From Candidatus Bathyarchaeia archaeon (lineage in GTDB: Archaea > Thermoproteota > Bathyarchaeia > Bathyarchaeales > Bathycorpusculaceae): a stretch of DNA of 33,834 bases. The stretch spans positions 1 to 33,834 of the forward strand of contig JBMFMB010000016.1 in NCBI GenBank assembly GCA_049970895.1. The letters are read 5' to 3'. Each line of letters starts with the position of its first letter. Positions within the stretch are counted from its first letter, which is position 1. Positions 8,610 through 17,985 of this stretch are shown here, piece after piece. Both the position numbers and the translations under genes were made by a program. Below the pieces are notes generated by a model. The model searched no databases and had not been told where the DNA came from. It saw nothing but the letters and a program-made list of their open reading frames with translations.

Positions 8610-9876
8610 CAGCTTACCACATACTCAACTATGATCTTGCACCCTTCTGTTAGTTAATCATAGTTAATACTTGAAATGCCGGTGCCTGCTTCATGAAGAA
8701 ACATCCAAACAAGCAATGTGCTAAAAGAATAAGGAATGCGGAAAAGATATTTTAGCCACAGTTAGAGGTCAAAAAGTTTCAAGAGAATTCTTTTAAGAAG
8801 AAATTTCAGACTTTAATGTTGCAATTGGAAATTAACCTCCTTTTTTTCTAAAAAAGTAAATTTTGTTTGCGAATGCCATTAAAGATGCTGAAGATGAATA
8901 TCCTGGAGCCCATCAGGATATTCCAATTCTTTTCATCTCATACTGCAGAATTTTCCTCCAACAACAATTAACTTAAGGGCTTTAAGAATAATATTATACT
9001 GTTAGATTTTCCATCAGAAGTTTAGCGTTATGGGATGAAAAGGCTGAGTTAGAGTCTGTTTAAGCAGAGAACCAAAGTGTTTGTTAGAGCGGACTATGCT
9101 AAAAGCATAAGCCCAATAACTGACAAGGTTTACAGAAAATTTAAAGGCTGTTTTAAGGCTCGAGTTACATCTTTTGACATTAGATGTAGGTTTTTAAGCT
9201 TAGAACATCAATTTAGAAGTTCACGGTGAATTGGGGATTATTTAAAGATTTAATTGTGCAAAAAGAGCCTTTTTCAAGGCCATTTTAGTCTCCTCCTCCT
9301 TCCATCTGCCACTTTACTGAAAGCTTCCCTTTTCACAGTTATCGGCATATGCAACCATCTGTTTAGGGCTTGCGCGTAGGAAGTATGCGGGGTCTAATAG
9401 GAGAGGGACAGGGAAAGAAAAGAATTAGTCAAGCAGGTGGGAGAGTTTCAGAAAGGCTAGACCTATACCTACCCACTATCTGTTTCACCTACCCCTCCCC
9501 CTACGTTTTCTGCGATATGAAAAACTCCTGATATTGTTCCAATTAAGCCTGTTATGGTTGCAGAAACTCCATGCTCCAGTCTTTAGCAAGACTGTGATGT
9601 TCTATAAGAAAGTTTTGTCTTATTTCAAAATTCACCAATTTTAAATTCTGTCTCTGGTCGAAGCAGCCAGAGCATGGGCTTATTTCTCCTTCCTGTTTAA
9701 AATCCTCGTTGAAAGAGTAAATCTCTCCATGCTGTCCATTTCGGTTGAATTCTGTAACGTTTTAGCAAGTGCTAGAGGATTATTTTATAAAATGTGCTAA
9801 TTAAGCAGGTTGAAGAACACTCTTGATCATGGGGAAAAAATTATAATCGCCTCGACAAACTCTAATTAGACAGGCT

Positions 9877-10437
9877 ATGAAGCAAAGCTTAGACGCAGAT
9901 TTTATATGTCGAAAATGCGGAAGAACCGTTTTAATTAACCAGTACGTTTTTAGCAGGTTTTGTCCAGACTGCGGCACCATGCTTCGTCCTTTAAGATACT
10001 GGGTTTTCCAATTTAACCCAGCCATATACAACTGGCACGATTGGATTAAAGAAAATAGAAAGGAGGAACAATGGCTAGTGAGCAAACATGCAAAAAGCAT
10101 CCAAAAGGGCGATAGAGTGGTCATCTGGGCTTCCGGAGAAAAAGCTGGAATATACGCCATAGGCGAAGTCGTTGAAGATCCACACATAAAACCCTTAAGC
10201 AAGGATCAGGAAAAATACTGGACTGGAAAAGACAACATCATCAAGTTTGAAGATAAACCCAGCGTTATGATAAAGTACCTAAAACTAGCTATAAACAATC
10301 CTCTCTTGGAGGAAGCATGTAAAAAAGATCCAGTGTTAAAAGCGATGGAAATTCTAAGACATCCCCAAGGCACTAACTTCCCTCTAACACGGGAACAGTG
10401 GAAGAGAATTTTAAAACTGTTAAGTAAAAACTCTTAA
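9877..10437 (+). CDS. EVE-domain protein with an N-terminal zinc ribbon
   Basis: CRKC...CPDC, then YWVFQFNP...W...IQKGDRVVIW...GIYAIGEV...QGTNFPLTREQW. Confidence 0.85.
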   Translation: MKQSLDADFICRKCGRTVLINQYVFSRFCPDCGTMLRPLRYWVFQFNPAIYNWHDWIKENRKEEQWLVSKHAKSIQKGDRVVIWASGEKAGIYAIGEVVEDPHIKPLSKDQEKYWTGKDNIIKFEDKPSVMIKYLKLAINNPLLEEACKKDPVLKAMEILRHPQGTNFPLTREQWKRILKLLSKNS

Positions 10438-10618
10438 AGACTTGCAGCGAAAATGTGATAGCTTAAACTTTTCGGCATTTTGCCTCCTCTTATTGAGACC
10501 TTATGTTAGTGCCAGGCTTGTCAATAAGCTCTCAAGCTCGGAAATGGGCTAGCGATGTTGGCTGTAACTTCATAACTAATAGCGAAATCTTCTAAACCCT
10601 TTTTTAAATTTGGATGAA

Positions 10619-10738
10619 TCAATGGTAAATTCTTTTTCTAATATTTATCTTGACAACGACAATTTTTTCCCGTTCGTAAATTTTAAACAGCGCTCTATAG
10701 TTTCCCATGCGCAGTCTAAAGGTATCTGTTTTCTGCCC
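10619..10738 (-). pseudogene. RelE/ParE-family toxin, C-terminal fragment
   Basis: GQKTDTFRLRMGNYRALFKIYEREKIVVVKINIRKRIYH* matches the RelE pattern RLRxGxYR...RxxIY. Confidence 0.75.
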
Positions 10739-10744
10739 AGGGTG

Positions 10745-11035
10745 TGGTGTAAGCAGAGGCCTCCTCTATGTTTAATGGTTTCATTATGTAGGCGTCTGCG
10801 CCCTTGTTTAGGGCTTCAACAGCGTTTTTGTAGTGTTGGATAGTTGTGTCTGGCAGCATTATGTCTATTAGGGCTATGTTGAACAGTTTGGCTTCAGCCT
10901 TTTCGGCTGCTTCCATGCCTATTATGGCTGATTCCACATTGTATCCTCGCCTGTTAAGATTTCTGTTAGGACTTTTCTTATGCTTTCGTCATCGTCTATG
11001 ATGAGGATGTTTGCTTTTGGCACGCCTTTCTCCAT
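10745..11035 (-). pseudogene. Response regulator receiver domain, frameshifted and internally deleted
   Basis: MEKGVPKANILIIDDDESIRKVL, a frameshift, then FNIALIDIMLPD joined almost directly to NAVEALNKGADAYIMKP. Confidence 0.85.
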
Positions 11036-11072
11036 GTTTAAGTTTTGCTTTGGCTTTTCCTTTTCTTTTCAA

Positions 11073-11411
11073 TTAAATTCCCCCCCCACATGTATATTGT
11101 TCAGCTAAGCGGATAAGCTCTGGAAGGCTGACGGTTTTTTCCTGGATTTTCAAGTCTAACTGTGTGAGGAGTTCTTTGGCTATTGCATTCAATAGGAGCA
11201 TGCTTCCTTGAGGACCGAAGATTTGTTTTAACGCTTCAGCGAAGGCTTCCGGGTTTTTGTGCCACATGTTTCTTTTAAGCCCAAGGGTTTTTTCAACATG
11301 ATAATATGTGGCTTTTCTCCCTGAATCGCCGAGGAGAAGCATCGCCCTGTCTAAGGCTGACATGAACACTTTTTCAAAGGGTGCCTCATAAGACCGCGTA
11401 AGGGTGCTCAT
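11073..11411 (-). CDS. Small signalling-associated protein (NitrOD5/DUF3227-like)
   Basis: Pattern ALD..LLGDSG..TYYHVEK.LGL....PEAFAEALKQIFG. Lies upstream of the receiver gene. Confidence 0.6.
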   Translation of the reverse strand: MSTLTRSYEAPFEKVFMSALDRAMLLLGDSGRKATYYHVEKTLGLKRNMWHKNPEAFAEALKQIFGPQGSMLLLNAIAKELLTQLDLKIQEKTVSLPELIRLAEQYTCGGGI

Positions 11412-11676
11412 GATGGTGCTTTCCCTACAAGGGCTTAAAGTGTTGTCTAAAGCTCTTAAAAATAACTTATGAATCTAAAATAAGGATTAAGCATAGAAGA
11501 ATCCTCTATAAGGGCTTTCACAAATTTTAAGGACCTGACTAAACCATATTTAGTCGGACAAATGCACTTTGCATGTAACGGATAATGCTCCTGACTCGTG
11601 CCTTCACCAGTGTGCACGCCAAAATAAATGCTGGAGATGCCTATGTTCGCCCCGCTTCATTTAGTTAGCTTCACGT

Positions 11677-12477
11677 TTAGAGGTTTGGTGGGGGTGGTGG
11701 AGGTGTTTCTCTGGCGGTCATTGCGTAGTATAGGTGAGTTGTTGCTATGGGTGCTATTGGCGTTGCAAATGCTGATATAACGCTTGAAACAACATGGTCA
11801 ACGTTAGGGAGGACAGCGCTGAGAGGAGACGCTAATAAGCTTGCCACTGAGCTTACAACCAGAATTATTATGGCTGTCAACAGTAGAACTGCGAAGGTTT
11901 TGAGCCAACGATTGCTCACAAGCCTACGGCTTCTACTCAAACTTTCGAGGGCATCCCTTTCCTCTATTATTATTGCTGGAATCGTTAGCGAAAAAATTAT
12001 GGCAACTATTATGCCCGGCACAACCAGGAGAATTAATCCCACTGCGATTAAAACTTCAGCAATAAACTGTGCAACGAGCAATGATGGAAGCCTCGAGATG
12101 GCGAAGCTTAAGCTCCCGCCAACGGTTGGAGCCCGCCCCTCAATAAGGTCGGAAGCGTATTTCACGGCGAAGCCTCCAGTGACGCAGCCAACAATCCATG
12201 AAATGAGGCTGAGCAGAACACCGGTAATGATGACCCAGTAAAGCAAAGCGAAAAAGTAGGCTGTTAACTCCACGAAAGAGGCTCTGGGGCTTGGCTGTTT
12301 AGGCATGGGCAACAACGTCATAACAGCAAAACTCGCAAGTCCCATTACAATTCCAGCGGCAAGAAAGACCGATAAGAACTGCCAAAACCTCGATATGTAC
12401 ATGTTAAAAGTCAAAGAGAAAATCTCACCAACAGACAACTCATAATCAGGCTTTCCCGCACTTAACCCTTCAACCAT
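11677..12477 (-). CDS. Six-TM membrane protein (resembles the GDPD membrane-anchor domain) with a C-terminal polyproline tail
   Basis: Has LSVGEIFSLTF, LLVVPGII, ESLSRSRRLVSNRWLKTF and LYYAMTARETPPPPPPNL. Confidence 0.75.
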   Translation of the reverse strand: MVEGLSAGKPDYELSVGEIFSLTFNMYISRFWQFLSVFLAAGIVMGLASFAVMTLLPMPKQPSPRASFVELTAYFFALLYWVIITGVLLSLISWIVGCVTGGFAVKYASDLIEGRAPTVGGSLSFAISRLPSLLVAQFIAEVLIAVGLILLVVPGIIVAIIFSLTIPAIIIEERDALESLSRSRRLVSNRWLKTFAVLLLTAIIILVVSSVASLLASPLSAVLPNVDHVVSSVISAFATPIAPIATTHLYYAMTARETPPPPPPNL

Positions 12478-12602
12478 ACAGACCAATAGTCCAGAATGAC
12501 ATTTAAAATTTCCCCAACTAAGTGCATGCAAGCCTAACCCATAATATCATTTTGTAAAACGCGATTGATTGAATGGGATAGGAAAAAGGGGAGTATTCTA
12601 AG

Positions 12603-13001
12603 CTATGATGGCGGCGGGGGCGGCGGGGCTTCCTCTGAGGGCTTCCACGTTAGGCCAAGTATGCTCCCAACAAGTCCCAATATGAAGCCTATGACAAAAC
12701 CTCCTGTTCCACCCACAAATAAGCTTAAAATTGAGAAGATAAGCACTATTATTGAACCTGTTTTTACTTTATCTCGCTTCCCACTGTTAATCATGACAGC
12801 GCCAAATATCACAATTATCCCGAATATCAGCCCGAGAAAGCCGAGAGCCACTATTAGACCGCCAAGCCACCCAAACCCGGGAACCATCCCAACCATAGCT
12901 CCGCCAATCAAGCCCAATATCGCCCCAACAATCCCGCCCAGCAAAATTAAGACGCCAGCAATCAAAGAAAGAACGAAGGCAGCCGTAGGCTTTTCACCCA
13001 A
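12603..13001 (-). CDS. Gly-rich four-TM membrane protein (DUF6114-like) with a polyproline tail
   Basis: Has EKPTAAFVLSLIAGVLIL...GGFVIGFILGLVGSILGLTWKP...PPPPPPS. TTG start follows a GGTGA SD. Confidence 0.75.
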   Translation of the reverse strand: MGEKPTAAFVLSLIAGVLILLGGIVGAILGLIGGAMVGMVPGFGWLGGLIVALGFLGLIFGIIVIFGAVMINSGKRDKVKTGSIIVLIFSILSLFVGGTGGFVIGFILGLVGSILGLTWKPSEEAPPPPPPS

Positions 13002-13079
13002 ATTTTCACCACACCTACCTCTTTCGCGTAAATGATATAAATAAAACTTTCTATAAAACATAAAACACACGTGGAGAAA

Positions 13080-13229
13080 ATGTCAAAAGAGAGCTCAGAG
13101 AGGGATTTAGCCGAACTACGAGAAAAAGTCATCAGGCTGGAGGAAAGGGTTAACGAGCTAACAAGACGCGTAGAGTCCATAAGCAACTACACCCGTCAAT
13201 TATACGAATACCTGGCAAAAAGGAAATAG
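13080..13229 (+). CDS. 49-aa coiled-coil protein
   Basis: Below the ORF-track cutoff. MSKESSERDLAELREKVIRLEERVNELTRRVESISNYTRQLYEYLAKRK has a clear heptad pattern and a GGAG SD. Confidence 0.7.
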   Translation: MSKESSERDLAELREKVIRLEERVNELTRRVESISNYTRQLYEYLAKRK

Positions 13230-13299
13230 CACAGAGATGCAATCGCATTTGCGACAGAAAACAGACCAAGGAACAGCGGGTTAAAGCGCTCCGACTTGT

Positions 13300-13704
13300 G
13301 AATCATCACTCAGCCCGTTCGGAGCATCATGTTAAACTGTTTGCTGAACACGTCCCAGCGTCCCGTCACACATGCCTCCCCCTTTCCCACTCTTTATGGT
13401 ATATTAAGCTTCTTGTTTCTCCATGGATTTCCCAATGTAGGAAGCAGACGTCAAACTGTAATGCGATGTAGCCTGCTAAAACCTCCAACCATAGCTCGAC
13501 AGGCTCATGATACGTGCGTGGGTGAACCTTCAACTCTGGAAAGTCCACGAGAACAACGAGCCACTTGCTCATCTGCGTTACGCTTTCGCAACTGCCTTTA
13601 AACGGAAACTCCGTGAGCTTCTGGTTCACATAGGCTTTAACTTCAGCCACAGCCAAAAACCCGAAGAGGCCCAGTAGAGGTCGGCTTCGAATATGTATGC
13701 ACAA
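13300..13704 (-). pseudogene. Possible decayed secreted protein (weak M6 metallopeptidase-like traces)
   Basis: LVVLVDFPE in one frame; SYG and GRWDVFS in other frames. No HExxH. Confidence 0.3.
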
Positions 13705-13755
13705 CCCTTGAAAACATCATGCTTTTCCGCAAACGGAAGTAGGCGGGTTTCGCTA

Positions 13756-14074
13756 GGGGCTGGCGTGTTGGCTGTAACCCGCCTTCTGTTTTATGTGGCA
13801 TTCAGCTGATCGGGCTACCTGCGCTTCGTGTAGAGGCTTCATCAGCGCTTGTTTGCCCTTTCCACGTGCAGGACGGCCGTTTCACCGTTTCCACCCGGCA
13901 TTCTCGACAACTTAGCATGCCTCATAGGCACTTGTCCGGGTGGACGTTTCGTTTCTGCTCCGTTGCCAAGGCTCTCGCCTTACGCCCTTGCGGGCGTTGC
14001 ACTTCTACACGTGGGCGGAGTTTCCTCAGGCTTCACAAGTCAGCCCGAAGGCCACACGCCAACTCGCCAGCCCC
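13756..14074 (-). ncRNA. rnpB: Archaeal RNase P RNA (type A)
   Basis: GAGGAAACUCCGCC with AACAGAAGGCGGGUUA (P4); ends GGGGCUGGCG/CGCCAGCCCC pair (P1); GUGUAGA/UCUACAC (P6); P8 and P9 hairpins. TATA-like CTTTTATT about 26 nt upstream. Confidence 0.95.
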
Positions 14075-14163
14075 AAGATTTTATGCATCAAGCTTTGCAA
14101 TAAAAGTTTTGGAAGGCTTATTTCGCTGCAAAGCATTTATTTGCTGTGATGGAGTGGCTGCTG

Positions 14164-14754
14164 TTGAAAAAACTTGTTATTGTGGTTACGGGTACGCCTT
14201 GTGTCGGAAAAACATCTGTGGCGCGATTACTAGCCTCTAAGCTTAATGCCGTCTATGTGAACTTGACGGAATTGGCTGTTAAAAATAAACTTACCATAGG
14301 CGCGGATGAGAAGAGAGGCGGCTCCTTAATAGTTAATGAAGAGGGCTTAAAAGAGGCTATTGGCAGAATTATATATGAGACTGGCGAACAAAGCATTGTT
14401 ATAGATGGACATTATGCTGCAAGCGTAGTCCCGAAAAAACTTATAACACATGCTTTCGTTTTGAGGCGCGACCCAGTCGAGTTGAGGGGTTTCATGGAAA
14501 AGGCTGGCTTTTCCGGAAACAAATTGTGGGAGAATTTAGCCTCTGAAATTTTGGACGTCTGCCTAGTTGACGCGTTGAATGCTTATGGAAAGGAGGGGGT
14601 TTGCGAGATTGATGCCACTGGCAAAAGCGTTGAAGAGGTTGTTGAAGATATCCTAGCCGTCTTGAATGGTTGTAAAAGGTGTCGCGTGGGAGTGGTTGAT
14701 TGGCTTGGAAAATTGGAAAGCGAAGGAATATTAGAAGAATATTTGAGGATTTAA
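14164..14754 (+). CDS. AK6/Fap7-family adenylate kinase/ATPase
   Basis: Has VTGTPCVGKT, IVIDGH, ENLASEILD and VVDWL. Confidence 0.9.
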   Translation: MKKLVIVVTGTPCVGKTSVARLLASKLNAVYVNLTELAVKNKLTIGADEKRGGSLIVNEEGLKEAIGRIIYETGEQSIVIDGHYAASVVPKKLITHAFVLRRDPVELRGFMEKAGFSGNKLWENLASEILDVCLVDALNAYGKEGVCEIDATGKSVEEVVEDILAVLNGCKRCRVGVVDWLGKLESEGILEEYLRI

Positions 14755-14775
14755 GAAGCATGTAGCCTTTTCATC

Positions 14776-15141
14776 TTATGTTTTTAGGCTTTGTAAAATC
14801 TGCCTTGTTGTTAGAACCATTATTTTTCTTCTGTTCGCGTAGGCTTTCGCGTGATCGCTGAATTTTTCTCCAACTATAACTGGGTTGGGCAATCCAACTT
14901 CTTCTGAGGCTTTGTCGAGGTTTATTATGACGTTTATGCCTATTGTTCTCTTCCAGTCTTTTATCCAAACAACTTGGGTTATACGGCCTTTCTGGATTAT
15001 TAGGTCGAAGTTTCGTGGTATACCTCTATAGCCTTCGAGGCTGACGTTTTCCTCCACTTTATAGCCTTTCTTTCTAAAGTATTGTATCACCGATTGCCTT
15101 AGGTCTGATGATGTTTGCGGCTTTGCATCTTCAGTGCTCAT
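14776..15141 (-). CDS. Stand-alone Mrr-like restriction-endonuclease-fold protein
   Basis: YFRKKGYKVE...G..G...FDL...VWIKDW...FSDHAKAYA follows the Mrr_cat layout. Confidence 0.7.
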   Translation of the reverse strand: MSTEDAKPQTSSDLRQSVIQYFRKKGYKVEENVSLEGYRGIPRNFDLIIQKGRITQVVWIKDWKRTIGINVIINLDKASEEVGLPNPVIVGEKFSDHAKAYANRRKIMVLTTRQILQSLKT

Positions 15142-15209
15142 TGGAATCCTCTTGCATTAAGCGTTATTTAGTAGTTTAGTGAAAAGGTTTTCGGAAAAGT
15201 GAGGGCAAA

Positions 15210-15434
15210 TTGACAAGCTACGTAATTGTTGTCTGTAGTGAATGTGGAGGCTACTTGCTGGCAAAAATCGATCAAAAATCAAGAACATGCCCCTACTGTG
15301 GTTCAAGGGTTCTGCTGGAAAAAGCTAAGAAAATTGCCTACGCAAAAAAGGCTGATGAAGCATCAGCGATACTGCGCAGATTTAAGGAGAAAGCTGCAAA
15401 ACATGGAAAAGCTAGGCTTCAAAAACTGTTTTGA
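15210..15434 (+). CDS. DUF1922-like zinc-ribbon protein
   Basis: Has CSECGGYLLA...TCPYCG. Confidence 0.75.
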   Translation: MTSYVIVVCSECGGYLLAKIDQKSRTCPYCGSRVLLEKAKKIAYAKKADEASAILRRFKEKAAKHGKARLQKLF

Positions 15435-16158
15435 GAAAAGCCATCAACCCTATTCCGAGGAGAATCAGGAAAAGCTGAACAACCGACTCGGTAGCATGCG
15501 ATTTTTTATGAAGTTCAGGCATTAGGTCGGTGGCGGCTATATAGATGAAACCGCCAGCTGCAAAGGGAACAAGCAAAGTCTCTATGCTTCTTAAGTAAGC
15601 TAGAAAATATGTTGCCACCGCGCCCAAAATGGCAGTAACAGCTGAAATGAAATTATAGATTAACGCCTTTTTCCTGCTTAATCCTCCATAGACCAGCACG
15701 CCGAAGTCGCCTATTTCTTGGGGAACCTCGTGGAAAATCACGGCTAATGTCGTGGCGAAACCCAGTTCAAAGCCTATCATAAAGGTGGCGGCTATGACCA
15801 TTCCGTCTATAAAGTTGTGGATTCCATCTCCTACAAGATTTAGGTACACGAAGGTGTGAGTTGGGCATCCCTTCTCGTGGCAGTGGCGCCAGTAAAGAAA
15901 CTTTTCCAGCGCAAAAAATGAAACTATGCCAACTATCACATACCATAGGACAGTCATCTGGTCATTTTCGGGCGTTAGTGACTCTGGGAGCAAGTGGAGA
16001 AATGCTCCGCCTAGAAGTGTGCCTGAGGCGAAGCCCACCAAAATCGTTGTTAAGCGTTTTAGTTTATCCTCTTTCAACCCTATGAAGAGTATTCCTATGA
16101 AGGCGATGAAGCTAACGGCTGTTACGGATACTAAAATTGCTATTAAATCGTTCATCAA
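15412..16158 (-). CDS. ZIP-family zinc/metal transporter
   Basis: Has HLLPES, HCH, GDGIHNFIDG, HEVPQEIGDFG and DLMPELH. Confidence 0.95.
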   Translation of the reverse strand: MMNDLIAILVSVTAVSFIAFIGILFIGLKEDKLKRLTTILVGFASGTLLGGAFLHLLPESLTPENDQMTVLWYVIVGIVSFFALEKFLYWRHCHEKGCPTHTFVYLNLVGDGIHNFIDGMVIAATFMIGFELGFATTLAVIFHEVPQEIGDFGVLVYGGLSRKKALIYNFISAVTAILGAVATYFLAYLRSIETLLVPFAAGGFIYIAATDLMPELHKKSHATESVVQLFLILLGIGLMAFLKTVFEA

Positions 16159-16199
16159 TCTTCAATGGTTAAAGCCCTAAACTTATTAGAGTATCGGTT

Positions 16200-17177
16200 T
16201 TATCCCCCTAAGCTCCGAAGCATTTCACATGCTTTACACAAGGTTTGTGTTGTTGGTTCCCCGCATTCGCTGCACTCCCTTAAAGTTTCTGCTTTTTCAA
16301 CCTTTTCTATGGCTGATCTGAGTTTTTCAGCCGCCTTAAAAATTGTGTATTTTATGCCAGCATGCTTTTCCTCCATCCGATTCAGAAAGACTCTAACATC
16401 GTTTCTTAGGGCTTCTGGAGCATATGGACATGGAGTGCTCTGGAAACGTATCCTCTTAACGTAGGCGTATAATGCTGTCTCTTTTTCTGGAATTTCGCAG
16501 AAGGGCTTCACCCGCCTCACGAGTTTTGGATGAGTTTCATCCGTCACTGGTTTTTCCCGCGCTATTCTATAGGGATCGCCGTGAAGCATGTTAAGCAGAA
16601 CCGTTTGCACTTCATCATCTAAAGTGTGAGCTGTTGCAAGCTTGTCCACATCAACCTTCCGTGCAATTATGTTTAGCGCTTTCCTCCTCAAAACACCGCA
16701 GTATGCGCATGGTGTAAGCTCACTTTCGCCTTTACTTTTTAGCCTTTCAACAATTTCGTCTAGGGTAAAACCATAAAGCTCTTTAAATGAGATTATGTAA
16801 TGCTCTATGCCGAGTTTCTTGCAGTTTTCTCCAGCAATTTTTAGGGCTTCATCTCTATATCCGGCAATCCCCTCATCAACGGAAACTGCAACAAGCGAAG
16901 CCTTCGGATAGTCACGCTCTATTTTGGATAAAATGTGTAGGAGGCTTACACTGTCTTTTCCACCAGAAACTGCCACGGCTATTCTATCGTCAAACTCGAA
17001 CATGCCGTATTTGGCTATGGTGGCTCTAACCTTGTTTTCAATCGATTTAACAAAACAGCCTTTGCAAAGCCTCTCACCAGAGTATGGTCTAAAGAAAAAG
17101 GCTTCCTTCCGCTTACAAATGCTGCAAAGCGTTCTGCCTATAGCATTTTCCACTTCAATCATTCTTCCAAACTGCAA
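16200..17177 (-). CDS. ttuA: tRNA 2-thiolation protein, TtuA/Ncs6 family
   Basis: PP-loop SGGKDS, CAYCGVLRR, CPYA, and N- and C-terminal zinc fingers. Confidence 0.92.
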   Translation of the reverse strand: MQFGRMIEVENAIGRTLCSICKRKEAFFFRPYSGERLCKGCFVKSIENKVRATIAKYGMFEFDDRIAVAVSGGKDSVSLLHILSKIERDYPKASLVAVSVDEGIAGYRDEALKIAGENCKKLGIEHYIISFKELYGFTLDEIVERLKSKGESELTPCAYCGVLRRKALNIIARKVDVDKLATAHTLDDEVQTVLLNMLHGDPYRIAREKPVTDETHPKLVRRVKPFCEIPEKETALYAYVKRIRFQSTPCPYAPEALRNDVRVFLNRMEEKHAGIKYTIFKAAEKLRSAIEKVEKAETLRECSECGEPTTQTLCKACEMLRSLGG

Positions 17178-17272
17178 GCTGGTTAAGGAAATACTTTTTC
17201 AAGGCGAAATTTAACGCTTCTCGGATACGAAGAGTTTTCTAGGCTGATGAACACACCATTATAGCGAATACT

Positions 17273-17980
17273 ATGGCTAAGAAACCATCAAGGCTTCCAG
17301 AGGTTCTAGAAGTCATTTACAGCGCTGAACATTGGGCACTGCTTAAAAGGTTGAGGGCAAAGGCTTTGCAGTTAATGGAGGCACTTGCAAAGTTCAACAT
17401 AGAAGCCATAACCCACGGCAGCATCGCAAGAGGAGATGCAACAGAAAAAAGTGATGTAGACGTTTTCATTCCGCATCCACCATCATCATTTCTCATCGAA
17501 ACAGCCCTTGTAAAGTCCGGCATATCAGCGAACAGACGGCTTATTGTGCAAGCAACACCAGCATACGCGATGAAAGGCTACATAGAAATCGACGAAAAAA
17601 CCACCGTCTCCTTCCCATTAATGAAAATGCGAAAAATTGAAAGAGAATTTTACAAGTTCGGCGGCGAGGTAACTCTTGAAGATTTGAAAGCTGGGGTACG
17701 CGTTGCCGGCGTGGATAAACGCCTAATGCTTATTGAACCTACTGAAAAAGGGCATAGGGAAAGCGGGATAGTTGGGCGAGAAGAGCATGTTGCAAAAATT
17801 TTGAAGATTTCTGTGGAAACGGTCCTAGATAGGGTTCACGCTCTTTTAAGAAGGGATGAAATTGGCAGGACAGGGGTTTTCATTGAAAAGGAATTGACTG
17901 AAGGCGAGACTTTTGAGTTGGCGTTAAAGAAATTGGCGGAAGAGAACCCAGCCGTTCGAAGGAGGCTGAAAACTATTTAA
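17273..17980 (+). CDS. Archaeal nucleotidyltransferase-domain protein (COG2413-like)
   Basis: Has HGSIARGD...SDVD, EFYKFGG, GVDKRL and RRDEIGRTGVF. Confidence 0.85.
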   Translation: MAKKPSRLPEVLEVIYSAEHWALLKRLRAKALQLMEALAKFNIEAITHGSIARGDATEKSDVDVFIPHPPSSFLIETALVKSGISANRRLIVQATPAYAMKGYIEIDEKTTVSFPLMKMRKIEREFYKFGGEVTLEDLKAGVRVAGVDKRLMLIEPTEKGHRESGIVGREEHVAKILKISVETVLDRVHALLRRDEIGRTGVFIEKELTEGETFELALKKLAEENPAVRRRLKTI

Positions 17981-17985
17981 GCTGA

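Noticed and set aside
9380-9505. Purine-rich tract followed by a pyrimidine-rich tract, as a possible structured RNA
   Set aside because: Only short complementary patches (GGTCTA/TAGACC) are visible, which is not enough to support a fold by eye.
8610-9870. Possible replication origin in the long AT-rich gap
   Set aside because: No repeated ORB-like boxes and no adjacent orc1/cdc6. The flanks show gene decay instead.
11535-11557. GACTAAA-N5-TTTAGTC palindrome
   Set aside because: The arms are 7 bp and occur once, which is compatible with chance.
13849-14240. Three overlapping + strand ORFs
   Set aside because: They are artefacts of the GC-rich RNase P RNA on the minus strand.
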